Shown piece after piece: positions 47,602-57,927 of a DNA stretch of 64,000 bases; the stretch's first letter is position 1, and every line of letters starts with the position of its first letter. Made by a program: the position numbers and the translations under genes. The stretch is from an uncultured virus (IMG/VR IMGVR_UViG_3300031784_002630). Lineage: Duplodnaviria > Heunggongvirae > Uroviricota > Caudoviricetes. Where the stretch lies: positions 1 to 64,000 of the IMG/VR virus record IMGVR_UViG_3300031784_002630, one strand, 5' to 3'. The notes below the pieces were generated by a model that saw nothing but the letters and a program-made list of their open reading frames with translations, ran no database searches and was not told the origin of the DNA.

Positions 47602-49773
47602 TTAAAGTCCATATTGTGCTTTTGTAGCATTATAATTTTGTAATAATTCGGCATTTGTTAATTGTCTGTTGTAAATCATTACTTTAAATATTTTTCCTTT
47701 ATATGTTCTACCCATAAAGGTATGTGAAAGAGTACTTACGTTTCTATTACCTATTGCACCCACATAGAAATTTTGGTCTAATGTTCTATTATTTGGAATA
47801 ATATAAAACCCATTACCATCTAATGGTAAATTAGATACACCATTTATCATAAATTGGTTAAGATAACCAGTTTGATAATCGTTAGCATCTGCAGCTCCCG
47901 CAATATAAGGTGGTGGTACAGCACCTCTAAAAGATTTAAAATTAGTACCATACCATCTTAAAGCACCATCACCTGTAGCATTAACACCCACTAAAGCTGC
48001 CAATCCAGGAATATCGTTATCCATTATACCCCAAAAACAAATGGTACCCGCATATGTTGAAGTAAATTGAACGTAATCATCCACACCATCAAATACTAAT
48101 GCTCCTCCATTTGTTGTGCTATATGAAGTCCCATTTATTAATGTTCCGTTATTGTTATATCCACTCAAATCATAAATTGTTGTTCCTTCACCACCATAAC
48201 AATTTGGATTTGAAAAATCGTAATAAACTGTTAATCCTTGATTAACTATAGATTGGGATGGGAGATAAATTGGTACTCCAGCACTATATATATTTTGAAT
48301 TTCCGTATTTGATAACACCCTATTATAATAATTAAAAGTATAAATGTTACCTTTAAAAGGATATTGTTGACCACCAACACTAATTACACTATTAGAACTT
48401 ACACCGGCACCACCACCTTCTACATTAGTTTGCAAAACACCATTGATATAAATTTTAGTATTATTATAGAGTGTTGTAGCGTTATTTCCACCAACCCCAT
48501 TAAAGGTAATAGCCATATGTAAAGGAACATTATCTTGGATAGCGTTATTTAACACATAATATCCACCACCATTAGCCGATGATACCCAATAAAAATAAAA
48601 AGCACCAGTTCTAGGAACATGTGATAATCCCCAATTTGAACCTCCAGCACCAGCCAATTCAAACCATCCGTAATTATTATTAGACGCCCCTGTTCCCCAT
48701 TCAAACCAACTTTCAATAGTGAAAGTTTTATCATTCCAAGTTGAGAATCCTATAGGATAAGTAATTCTATCATCCACACCGTCAAAATTGTATGACCCAC
48801 CATATTTTCCACCAAAATAAGCACCATTAATTAAAGACCAATTTCCAGTGTTTATTAAACCTGTGTTTTGTGGAGTGTAATTAGGAAATGATGAAAAAGT
48901 TGTTGATGTTGAACCTTCTTCAATTTGAAATTCAGTAAAAATAGACACACCAGCGACATTATAAAAATAAAATTGAGTTCTAGCGTCGTTATATAAAAAA
49001 GTATAATTATACTTTCTCCAAGTACCATCTATTGTAGTACTTGGTAAAACAGTTCCGTTCCAAGGATATGAAAAATTGTTTAATTCTCCCAACCCATTTT
49101 GGTTATTCCAAATAGGTCCTTTATCAAATCCAATATCCCCGCTAGTACCATCTGTTTTTCTACCCCAAAACGAAAATGTGTATGTTTTACCTACTTCCAT
49201 TAAATTAGTTGTATACATTACATTACCACCATTTGTAATTTGTAATGCTTTAGTAGTTTTAGAACCAACATATGGTTTATTATTTGTAATATCAATTACA
49301 GTAGATGAACCACCATAAGAACCAAAATAAAAAGGATATCCAGATTCTGTGTTGTTAAAATCTCCATTAACAAATAAATTCTTTTGTGTTGCATTAAATC
49401 CCGCAGCCAATCCACTAACAACAGGACCACCGTAAGGTTGTTCATTTTTTAACATAGAATAAGTTCCTGAACCCAACAACCAATTTATTGCAGTACTAAC
49501 ACTTGTAAATGGTGTTGAACCTACTCTATCAGGTAAACCATTTATTATTGTTAATAAACTTGCATCAGTGAAATCACCTGTTGCCCACATTGCTGGTGGG
49601 TTAGTATTTCTTATAATCACATATTGATAAGATGAATCAACACTATTATAGAAAGTTGCGTTTGCCGCACCCGCACCCCAGTTTGCAGGACCAACACCCA
49701 CAAGAATATTGGATTGTTTTGCCGTGTTTGGTGGTTGGATTGAACCCGTTTTATATGCTATTGGTTTCGGCAT
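47602..49773 (-). CDS. LamG/concanavalin-like multi-domain fibre protein, paralogue B
   Basis: Same architecture; FDGVDD occurs twice. Confidence 0.8.
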   Translation of the reverse strand: MPKPIAYKTGSIQPPNTAKQSNILVGVGPANWGAGAANATFYNSVDSSYQYVIIRNTNPPAMWATGDFTDASLLTIINGLPDRVGSTPFTSVSTAINWLLGSGTYSMLKNEQPYGGPVVSGLAAGFNATQKNLFVNGDFNNTESGYPFYFGSYGGSSTVIDITNNKPYVGSKTTKALQITNGGNVMYTTNLMEVGKTYTFSFWGRKTDGTSGDIGFDKGPIWNNQNGLGELNNFSYPWNGTVLPSTTIDGTWRKYNYTFLYNDARTQFYFYNVAGVSIFTEFQIEEGSTSTTFSSFPNYTPQNTGLINTGNWSLINGAYFGGKYGGSYNFDGVDDRITYPIGFSTWNDKTFTIESWFEWGTGASNNNYGWFELAGAGGSNWGLSHVPRTGAFYFYWVSSANGGGYYVLNNAIQDNVPLHMAITFNGVGGNNATTLYNNTKIYINGVLQTNVEGGGAGVSSNSVISVGGQQYPFKGNIYTFNYYNRVLSNTEIQNIYSAGVPIYLPSQSIVNQGLTVYYDFSNPNCYGGEGTTIYDLSGYNNNGTLINGTSYSTTNGGALVFDGVDDYVQFTSTYAGTICFWGIMDNDIPGLAALVGVNATGDGALRWYGTNFKSFRGAVPPPYIAGAADANDYQTGYLNQFMINGVSNLPLDGNGFYIIPNNRTLDQNFYVGAIGNRNVSTLSHTFMGRTYKGKIFKVMIYNRQLTNAELLQNYNATKAQYGL

Positions 49774-51920
49774 TATAGTCCAAATTGTGTTTTTATTGAG
49801 TTAAAGTTTTGTTGTACTTCAGTATTAGTTAATGGTCTATTATATATTCTAACAATATTAACTGTTGAATTACCAAATTCTTGTAAATTTTGAGATGGTA
49901 CTTGAGCCCTAACACCACCTATAGTAACATCACCACCAGGGTTGGGTGAATAGTTAGCCGTTGTTCTACCTAAATATTGACCATTTTTATAATACTGGTT
50001 TCCACTTCCATCCCAAACAACCACCACATGAACTAAACCACTGTTATTTACACTAATAGTAGCATCTCCACTATTATTTCTAGCCATAATATTTGTAGGT
50101 TTAACACCAACACCAAAACCCCAATTTGAACCGTATTGACCTTGAGCAAGTATATTTCCCCCGTTTGTTGAGGTGGTCATCACTAATTCAACTGTCGGTC
50201 TTGAGGCGTTTACACTTCCATTACCTGGAATTATGATATAATCATCAACACCATCAAAAACTAATCCTCCACCATACGTTGAACTGAACGCGACACCATT
50301 ATATAAAGTACCATTATTTCCATACCCACTTAAATCATATATTGCCGTCCCTGAACCGGGATAACAGTTTGGATTTGTAGCGTCTAAATAAAGCGTTAAT
50401 CCTTGATTAATCATTATACTATTACTTGCTTGATATGTTGGTAAACCAGCGGTGTATAAATTTTCAATTTCAGTTACAGACAATTCTCTATTATATAAAT
50501 TAAATAAACCAACTTTATAATTAGTCGCCGAATTTAAAGAGTCACTTCGAGTTCCCAAAGTAAGTCTATTATGTGAATTCCAAGAAGAAACTCCAGTAGC
50601 AACTAATGTAATCATTGCCCATGAACCTGTCGTATTTAAATCGTAAACATAACTCCATGTTGAATTACTACTTCCAACAAGAGAACCATTTTTATAAAGT
50701 TTAATACCCGAATTTCCCGTTCCACCCCAATATTGAAAAGTGTTATCACCACTTCGTCTTAAACCCCAACCTTGAGTTAATCCTGCTTCCTCGGCATTAT
50801 ATGAGAAATATGTTTCAAATGTTGATGTAAAACTATTAATATACATCCAAATATTTGCGGTTATTGTTGTATAATTTTTTAATGAAGCATCAGTTAAAAC
50901 AGCATAATCGTCAATCCCATCAAAATTAAACACACCACCCTGATTTGTATTGAAATAAGTACCATTAGCTAAAGATAAACTAGATGTATTTAATAAACCT
51001 TCATTAGTTGGTTTCATTGAGAGACTATATAAATTATAAACAGAAGGGATTGCATAATTTGTTGCTGTTGAACCTTCTTCTAATTGTAATTCAGTAAATA
51101 ATACTGGACTAGTTGGACTCCTAAAAGAAGGAGTTGAAGGAGAATAAACATAAAAATAAAATTGAGTTCTTACAGCATTTAAAGTAAAAGTAAAAGAAAA
51201 TTTTGTCCAACTTGTAGGAAATATGCCTGAACTAGAGGGTAAATATCCAACCCAAGAATTAGTTTCTCCGCTACCAAATTGATTATTCCATGTTAAAAGC
51301 GCATCACTAGGAATATCCCCAATTGCTTTTACCCAAAAGGAAAACACATATTGTTTTCCAACTTCCATAGCAATACCTGAATAACATCCGAATCCTCCTC
51401 TGATTGCTGTTTTTGTAGTACTTCCTGGATAAGGAGGGTCATTAGTTATATTATAACTTGCGTATCCACCATAATCATACCATCCTATAAAATCAGGATA
51501 AGTTGTCGCATTAAATATATTTTTACCTGTTGATGGTCCATTTACAGATATTACTAACCCGTTAGTAATAGGTTCACCATAAAGTTGTTCACTTTTCAAC
51601 ATGGAATAAACTCCTGTTTCAAATAACCAATTTATCGCAGTATTTACGTTTGTAAAAACGGTCTGATTAATTCTTTCAGGTAAACCATTAATTATTCTTA
51701 ATAAACTTGTATCAGTAAAATCACCAGTAGCCCACATTGCCGGTGGATTAGAATTTTTTATAATAACATATTGATAAGATGAATCAACACTATTATAAAA
51801 AGTCGCATTTGCAGCACCAGCTCCCCAATTTGAAGGACCAACACCCACAAGAATATTGGATTGTTTTGCAGTATTTGGAGGTTGGATTGTTCCCGTTTTA
51901 TAGGCAATTGGTCTTGGCAT
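49773..51920 (-). CDS. LamG/concanavalin-like multi-domain fibre protein, paralogue C
   Basis: Same architecture; likely start MPRPIAY (51920) after TATTTAT at 51928-51934. Confidence 0.8.
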   Translation of the reverse strand: MPRPIAYKTGTIQPPNTAKQSNILVGVGPSNWGAGAANATFYNSVDSSYQYVIIKNSNPPAMWATGDFTDTSLLRIINGLPERINQTVFTNVNTAINWLFETGVYSMLKSEQLYGEPITNGLVISVNGPSTGKNIFNATTYPDFIGWYDYGGYASYNITNDPPYPGSTTKTAIRGGFGCYSGIAMEVGKQYVFSFWVKAIGDIPSDALLTWNNQFGSGETNSWVGYLPSSSGIFPTSWTKFSFTFTLNAVRTQFYFYVYSPSTPSFRSPTSPVLFTELQLEEGSTATNYAIPSVYNLYSLSMKPTNEGLLNTSSLSLANGTYFNTNQGGVFNFDGIDDYAVLTDASLKNYTTITANIWMYINSFTSTFETYFSYNAEEAGLTQGWGLRRSGDNTFQYWGGTGNSGIKLYKNGSLVGSSNSTWSYVYDLNTTGSWAMITLVATGVSSWNSHNRLTLGTRSDSLNSATNYKVGLFNLYNRELSVTEIENLYTAGLPTYQASNSIMINQGLTLYLDATNPNCYPGSGTAIYDLSGYGNNGTLYNGVAFSSTYGGGLVFDGVDDYIIIPGNGSVNASRPTVELVMTTSTNGGNILAQGQYGSNWGFGVGVKPTNIMARNNSGDATISVNNSGLVHVVVVWDGSGNQYYKNGQYLGRTTANYSPNPGGDVTIGGVRAQVPSQNLQEFGNSTVNIVRIYNRPLTNTEVQQNFNSIKTQFGL

Positions 51921-51981
51921 TGTAATAATAAATACCACAAAATGTTTTCCTTTAATCATTTCTTTCGTATTTTTATTCCAA

Positions 51982-52788
51982 ATGGAAAAAGTAATCTTAA
52001 CAGGTTCAAAAGGTTTTATCGGGTCTAATTTGAAAGTAGAATTAGAAAAACAATTTGAGGTTATTGAAATTAATGAGGATGTATTTAATTCTCACACATG
52101 GAAGTCAGATGTCTCAAATTTATTTTGGTTAGACATTAAATCTGTATTTCACGTTGGCGCTTGTTCAAACACATTAGAACAAGACGTTAATTATATGATG
52201 TTGGTTAATTATGAGTTTAGTAAACACATATCAAACATTTGTAAATCAAAAAAAATTCCTTTGATTTATTCGTCATCAGCAGCAAATTATGGAACCAATA
52301 ATGAATTCCCATCTAACTTATACGGGTGGAGCAAATATATTGCCGAAGATTACATTATTAATAATGGTGGAATTGCACTTAGATACTTTAATGTGTATGG
52401 ACCAGGTGAAGAACATAAAGGAATTATGTCATCTGTCGCATATCAAATGCACAAAAAGAATTTATCAGGTGATGAAATTAAATTATTTCCTGGTAGTCCA
52501 AAAAGAGATTTTATATATGTTAAAGATATTATATCAGCAAACATATTTGCATTTGAAAACTATAAAAAGTTATTGGGTAAGTTTTATGATGTTGGTTCAG
52601 GCGTTGCAGAATCATTTGAAAAAATATTGAATATTATGAAAATTGATTTTGGATACACATCAAAAGATATAATTCCAAAAGGTTATCAATTTTATACTTG
52701 TTCCAATAAATTAAAATGGATGAAGGGTTGGGAACCAAAATACACACTTGAAAAAGGATTAACTGAATATATGAATTATTTAAAATGA
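51982..52788 (+). CDS. gmhD: ADP-L-glycero-D-manno-heptose 6-epimerase-like SDR
   Basis: TGSKGFIG, FHVGACS.T, YSSSAA.YG, YGWSK, LRYFNVYG..E.HKG.M.S, RDFIYV and YQ.YT motifs. Confidence 0.85.
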   Translation: MEKVILTGSKGFIGSNLKVELEKQFEVIEINEDVFNSHTWKSDVSNLFWLDIKSVFHVGACSNTLEQDVNYMMLVNYEFSKHISNICKSKKIPLIYSSSAANYGTNNEFPSNLYGWSKYIAEDYIINNGGIALRYFNVYGPGEEHKGIMSSVAYQMHKKNLSGDEIKLFPGSPKRDFIYVKDIISANIFAFENYKKLLGKFYDVGSGVAESFEKILNIMKIDFGYTSKDIIPKGYQFYTCSNKLKWMKGWEPKYTLEKGLTEYMNYLK

Positions 52789-53495
52789 GAGACGATTTTG
52801 TAAACTTTCTAAGACCATATGGTGTTTTAGATACTAAAGTTAGATTGGGTAGTAATAATGATGGTGGTTATATTGTAAATCAAACAATATTGGACAAGGC
52901 TGATGTGTTGTACACATATGGTGTTGAATATAATTGTGATTTTGAACTAGATTTTCACAATAGAACATCTAAACCTGTTCATTTATATGACCACACCGTT
53001 GATTTTACACACCCTAACGACAACTTAATTTTTCACAAAGAAGGATTAAGTCACATAAAAGAAAACGATAAAAAACATTTTTTTGACCATCTTAAAGAAA
53101 ATGGTGATGAAGATAAAAATGTTTTTTTAAAAATTGATGTTGAGGGTGCCGAGTATGAATTCTTTGAAAATACCAATATTGAAGAACTATCAAAAAATGT
53201 GATTGGTATTGTGTTGGAAATACATTGGACTGGTGATGTTAATGAATATCGTCCAAGAGCAACCAAAATTTTAGAAAAAATTACAAACCATTTTACTTTA
53301 ACACATTTACACGGAAACAATTCCGCACCAATGATTGGTTCATGGTGGATTGCGGTACCTGATACAATGGAGTTAACATTTATTAATGATAGATTGTTTG
53401 AAGCATTTCATTTTGATAGAGGTCAATGGCCAACAGAATTGGATATGCCAAATAATCCAGAACTTCAAGATTTTCCATTAGTTTGGATATGTTAA
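52785..53495 (+). CDS. FkbM-like/Methyltransf_22 SAM-dependent methyltransferase
   Basis: RLG...DGGY, FLKIDVEGAEY and H.HGNN motifs. Confidence 0.75.
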   Translation: MRDDFVNFLRPYGVLDTKVRLGSNNDGGYIVNQTILDKADVLYTYGVEYNCDFELDFHNRTSKPVHLYDHTVDFTHPNDNLIFHKEGLSHIKENDKKHFFDHLKENGDEDKNVFLKIDVEGAEYEFFENTNIEELSKNVIGIVLEIHWTGDVNEYRPRATKILEKITNHFTLTHLHGNNSAPMIGSWWIAVPDTMELTFINDRLFEAFHFDRGQWPTELDMPNNPELQDFPLVWIC

Positions 53496-53518
53496 TTTGA
53501 TTTATTATTATTTAATTT

Positions 53519-54532
53519 ATGAGAAAAATTTGGCATACAAGAAACGAATTTTTATGGAACGTACCAGCTCAAGAAGTTGGAGATGCGGTATACTTTGATT
53601 TGTCAGAATGTTATTCAATGGGCGATGCTCTTTGTTCAACCCCCACTATTAAAAAAGTTTCAGAAGCATATGGTTGTAAGTTAAATCTAATTACGAAACA
53701 TCCTGAATTGTTTAAACACAATCCATATATTAAAAACACTTATCGTCCCGATTCAATTAACTTTGACTACCTAAGAGAAAACTTCCTAATCCATAGTTCT
53801 TTCTATAATGTTGGTAGACAAAATGATAAAGGAGTTCAGTCAAAACATGCTAGAATTGATATTCGTCAATTCCATGCCATGAATTTAGGTTTTAACTTAT
53901 TACCCACTGAAATGGAATGTGAATATTATTCAGACCCATTTGAACCTATTGAAGGTTTACCTGAAAAATATGTATTGATACATCCAGCAACCACGTGGCA
54001 ATCTCGTACTTGGGATTTTGATAAATGGCAATCAGTAACAACCAAATTAAATGAAATGGGAATTGCTGTTGTTTCAATTGGTAAAGACACAGATGAAGTT
54101 GGTTTTTGGCATATTGAAAAGAAAGGATTTGATATTGATATTAAATTAGGGTTGAACTTAATGAATCAAACAAATATCTCTCAGGCTTGGCATTTAATTC
54201 AAAATTCAATTTGTTTTATAACAATGGATTCAGGATTGTTACACTTGGCAGGTACAACAGACGCTCACATTATTCAACTTGGTTCTTCAATTAACCCATA
54301 TTGGAGGATTCCATATAGAAAAAACTCACAACAATATAAGTTTCATTATGTTGGTGGTGGTTGTGATATATTTTGTGCTTCAGAATTAAAATATGGTATT
54401 GAGGAGTGGGGTTCAATTCAAGGTGTTGCACCTTTGATTAATTGTTTAGAGAAAAAAGAAACTTTTGAATGTCATCCGAGTGATGAACAAATTTTCAAAA
54501 AAGTAATAGAAATTTATGGAACAGGAAATTAA
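53519..54532 (+). CDS. GT9 heptosyltransferase-family protein
   Basis: MGDALC.TP, IHP, DSGLLHLA and a Cys-rich C-terminus. Confidence 0.8.
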   Translation: MRKIWHTRNEFLWNVPAQEVGDAVYFDLSECYSMGDALCSTPTIKKVSEAYGCKLNLITKHPELFKHNPYIKNTYRPDSINFDYLRENFLIHSSFYNVGRQNDKGVQSKHARIDIRQFHAMNLGFNLLPTEMECEYYSDPFEPIEGLPEKYVLIHPATTWQSRTWDFDKWQSVTTKLNEMGIAVVSIGKDTDEVGFWHIEKKGFDIDIKLGLNLMNQTNISQAWHLIQNSICFITMDSGLLHLAGTTDAHIIQLGSSINPYWRIPYRKNSQQYKFHYVGGGCDIFCASELKYGIEEWGSIQGVAPLINCLEKKETFECHPSDEQIFKKVIEIYGTGN

Positions 54533-55706
54533 AATAAAAGTAGATTTTCATCTTGGCGCCAAAGTTGAGATTGTTGGTGTTCCCGATAAGGAATATCCTG
54601 AAGATGAAACTTATGAAGTTTTATTCTTAGATAATAAAACAAATAAACTTTTACATTCAGACACTTTAAAACCAAATTATTGGACAAAAACCGCAATCAA
54701 TTATTATGTTGAATGGAAAGTGGTTGTTATGAAAAATGGTTTGGGAATTATTCATGAGGAAGTTTTAGATTTAAAAGATAAAGATGTATTAATCGCAATT
54801 ACAAACACACCAATTGGTGATAATTTGGCTTGGGTTGAATATGTTAAAGAATTTGGTAAAATTCATAATTGTAATATTACATTCCAAACTTTTATTCCTT
54901 CAATATTTGAAAAATCTTATAGTGATTTTACAATTGTTCGTGGTGATACTTACGAATTTAATGATTCTAAATTTTACGCAACTTATAAAATATCATACGG
55001 CATTCCAAATGAAGAACATATCAATTTACGTAAGTTATTATTTAAGAAAAAATATCTTCATTTTGATGACTTAACATATTGGAAAAAAAATGAATCACCG
55101 TATCATCCATCATTAATCCCTCTTCAACATTTTGCACCATCAGTACTTGGTTTAGAATTAAAAGAGATGAGACCTCATTTAATTTGTGAAAATAATGAAA
55201 GACCAATTCAAAAAAAATATGTCTGTATTTCTGAATTTGCGTCAGGTGAAATTAAACAATGGAATAATAAAGTTGGTTGGCAAACTTTAGTAAATGAATT
55301 AACTTCATTAGGTTATGAGGTGGTTTCAATTTCAAAAGAAAAAACTGACTTAAAAAAAGTTACAAAAAGAAATGGTAATTTACCATTAACTGACCGTATG
55401 TGGTATCTACATCATTGTGAGTTTTTTATTGGTGTGAGTTCAGGTCTTGCTTGGTTAGCATGGGCATGTGGTAGAAAAGTAGTTATGATTTCTGGTGTGA
55501 CAAAAGCAACCAATGAATTTACTGAAGATTGTATAAGAGTAATCAATGAAGATGTTTGTCATGGTTGTTGGAACTCTGAAAAACATGCCGATAAATTTAC
55601 TGTGTTTGAAAAAACATTATGTCCCGAAAATAAAAACTGGGAGTGTTCAAGAAAAATATCACCAAAAATGGTAATTGATAAAATAAAAGAAAATAATTTA
55701 ATATGA
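54516..55706 (+). CDS. AAH/TibC-type protein O-heptosyltransferase (BAHT family)
   Basis: N-terminal beta domain, IGDNLAW, K.WNN..GW, FFIGVSSGLAWLAW and VCHGCWN..CP..ECSR metal-finger motifs. Confidence 0.8.
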   Translation: MEQEIKIKVDFHLGAKVEIVGVPDKEYPEDETYEVLFLDNKTNKLLHSDTLKPNYWTKTAINYYVEWKVVVMKNGLGIIHEEVLDLKDKDVLIAITNTPIGDNLAWVEYVKEFGKIHNCNITFQTFIPSIFEKSYSDFTIVRGDTYEFNDSKFYATYKISYGIPNEEHINLRKLLFKKKYLHFDDLTYWKKNESPYHPSLIPLQHFAPSVLGLELKEMRPHLICENNERPIQKKYVCISEFASGEIKQWNNKVGWQTLVNELTSLGYEVVSISKEKTDLKKVTKRNGNLPLTDRMWYLHHCEFFIGVSSGLAWLAWACGRKVVMISGVTKATNEFTEDCIRVINEDVCHGCWNSEKHADKFTVFEKTLCPENKNWECSRKISPKMVIDKIKENNLI

Positions 55707-56347
55707 CGGATTTTAATAATATAAATTGTACTATAAACTTTGTTGACGGTGTTTTTATTAACATATGGGATACTTGGAGTCACAGGTATCTTGTTGAGGT
55801 TTATGAAAATTACGGAAATGATTGGGCGTTGGTCAATCATAACATAATGTCCCCCGAAAATTGGTTTGTACATTTAGGTAAAAAATTTAGAAATCAGTGG
55901 AGAGTTAAAATTTGGGGTTGGAAAAATAACTATCCAGTATTAGTTACTCAACATACATTTAATGAATCAGATAAAGAAGTAGCCTTAACATTTGATACTG
56001 ACTCATATAAAGAGTCATGTACGTGGGCAGAACAATCAATTGATTATCGAGATAAAGTAAGAACAAATCTTACAATATATTCAAAATTTTCAGACAGATT
56101 ATCACAACAATATGTTGATTCTAAAATAACATTCTTACCTTTAACCGACATTAGTAGATTAAATACAAAATACTATTCAAGATTTAAAATTGGTAGGTTT
56201 AACATTAAACGAGAATCTTTAGGTGAATGGGGAAGTGGTTTTTTATTTTGTAGTAACCATACAAAACCAAACGTATCATCAGAACATAAAAATAACTGGT
56301 TACCATTTAACTCAAGAGAACTTTTTAACGATATAATGAATTTATGA
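55703..56347 (+). CDS. Protein resembling the BAHT N-terminal beta domain
   Basis: INFVDG..I.I...Y.VE......W....F...WRVKI parallels the preceding gene. Confidence 0.55.
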   Translation: MTDFNNINCTINFVDGVFINIWDTWSHRYLVEVYENYGNDWALVNHNIMSPENWFVHLGKKFRNQWRVKIWGWKNNYPVLVTQHTFNESDKEVALTFDTDSYKESCTWAEQSIDYRDKVRTNLTIYSKFSDRLSQQYVDSKITFLPLTDISRLNTKYYSRFKIGRFNIKRESLGEWGSGFLFCSNHTKPNVSSEHKNNWLPFNSRELFNDIMNL

Positions 56348-57927
56348 GTACAATTATAGGAATACATCACGGAGGTCACGATTCATCAGTTGCATTAGTA
56401 ATTGATGGTAAATTAGTTTGTGCTATTGAAGAAGAAAAATTAACAGGTATTAAAGCAATACATAGTTATTGGGCACACCCAATTAAAGGTTTAGAGTTCA
56501 TTGAAAAGAACTTTGGTGTTACATTGGAAAATTGTGACCATGTTGCTTTTGCATTACCAAAACACTATAAGATTGAAGATGATAACATATGTTTAATTGA
56601 TAAAACAACTAGTTATTCACACCATAAATGTCATGCTTTAGGAGCATATTTTACATCAGGATTTGAGGGTAAAGTATTGGCTGTGAGTCATGATGGTCAA
56701 GGTAATAGAAGTAGAGGAAAAGTTTACTTATGTGACAATGGTGACTATGAAGTTGTTAGTTCACAAAACGTTCCAACAACCACATCATTAGCTGGTTTGT
56801 GGGGAAGAGTAACCGTATTACTTGGTTGGCAGATGTTTAAAGATGAAGGTAAAGTCGTTGGTATGGCATCTCATGGTAAATACAATGAAATGTTGTACAA
56901 CTATCTTAAACACATTATAAAATATAATGGTGACTTAACATTTGGACCATCAAATTCTGAAACATTGTTTGATTTTATTTTTGTTGATAAATTAAAAAAT
57001 TCAGGTTATTTTGATTCTGAAGAAAATAGAAATGACTTAGCATTTTGTTTAGAAAAACACACCGAAGAATTAATGTGGCAATATCTTAGAGATTTGAAAT
57101 CCAGATATCCTGATTATAATAAAGTAACATTTAATGGTGGTTTATTTGCTAACGTAAAATTAAATCAATCCATCAATAGTTTTAATTTCTTTGAGGAGAT
57201 TTACATACACCCTTCAATGGGTGATGGTGGTTTGTCTACCGGTGCTGCGTTGTGTAAAGCAAATGAACTTGGTGAATTGTTATTACCACTTAAATTAGAT
57301 AATGTATTTTTTGGTTCAGAATTTAATGGTGACGATTGGATGTCAGAAATAAATAACTATCCAGGTCAAATTTATTTTGAACCTTCTTCACATAGTAGAG
57401 TTGCCGAATTAATAGATGAAGGAAAAGTTGTTGGTTTATTTTATGGTAAAACAGAGTATGGTCCAAGAGCGTTAGGTAATAGAAGTATTGTTACTAGACC
57501 TACCGACACCAAAACACACGTATTGTTAAATAAAAAATTAAGACGTAATGAAATTATGCCATTTGCACCAAGTGTGTTAAAAGAACATATTAATACTATC
57601 TTTCACGCAGATAGGTCACTATACGCAGCAGAATTTATGACATTGTGTTATGACACCAGAAAAGAATGGGTTGATAAGATTCCAGCAGTTATTCATCCAA
57701 AGGATAAAACTGCAAGACCTCAAGCTGTTGATAAAAATAATAACCCAAATTTTCATAGTATCATATCAGAATACTATAAGTTATCCGATATTCCTGTTGT
57801 ATTAAACACATCATTTAATGCTCACGGGGAACCAATCAATAACTACCCAAGTCAAGTTATAAAACATTTACTTGAAGGTTGTGTTGATTATATTGCTACA
57901 GAACATTTTATTTTTAGTAAGCTATAA
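56344..57927 (+). CDS. Carbamoyltransferase (NodU/CmcH/TobZ family)
   Basis: HDSS, HHKCHA, DGQG, EGKVVGMA, GGLFANVK, EYGPRALGNRS, PFAP and LNTSFN.HGEP motifs. Confidence 0.92.
   Translation: MSTIIGIHHGGHDSSVALVIDGKLVCAIEEEKLTGIKAIHSYWAHPIKGLEFIEKNFGVTLENCDHVAFALPKHYKIEDDNICLIDKTTSYSHHKCHALGAYFTSGFEGKVLAVSHDGQGNRSRGKVYLCDNGDYEVVSSQNVPTTTSLAGLWGRVTVLLGWQMFKDEGKVVGMASHGKYNEMLYNYLKHIIKYNGDLTFGPSNSETLFDFIFVDKLKNSGYFDSEENRNDLAFCLEKHTEELMWQYLRDLKSRYPDYNKVTFNGGLFANVKLNQSINSFNFFEEIYIHPSMGDGGLSTGAALCKANELGELLLPLKLDNVFFGSEFNGDDWMSEINNYPGQIYFEPSSHSRVAELIDEGKVVGLFYGKTEYGPRALGNRSIVTRPTDTKTHVLLNKKLRRNEIMPFAPSVLKEHINTIFHADRSLYAAEFMTLCYDTRKEWVDKIPAVIHPKDKTARPQAVDKNNNPNFHSIISEYYKLSDIPVVLNTSFNAHGEPINNYPSQVIKHLLEGCVDYIATEHFIFSKL

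Noticed and set aside
45170..51920. Diversity-generating retroelement or invertible shufflon acting on the LamG genes
   Set aside because: No reverse transcriptase or site-specific recombinase is in the window, differences are not adenine-specific, and all copies are direct, full-length genes.
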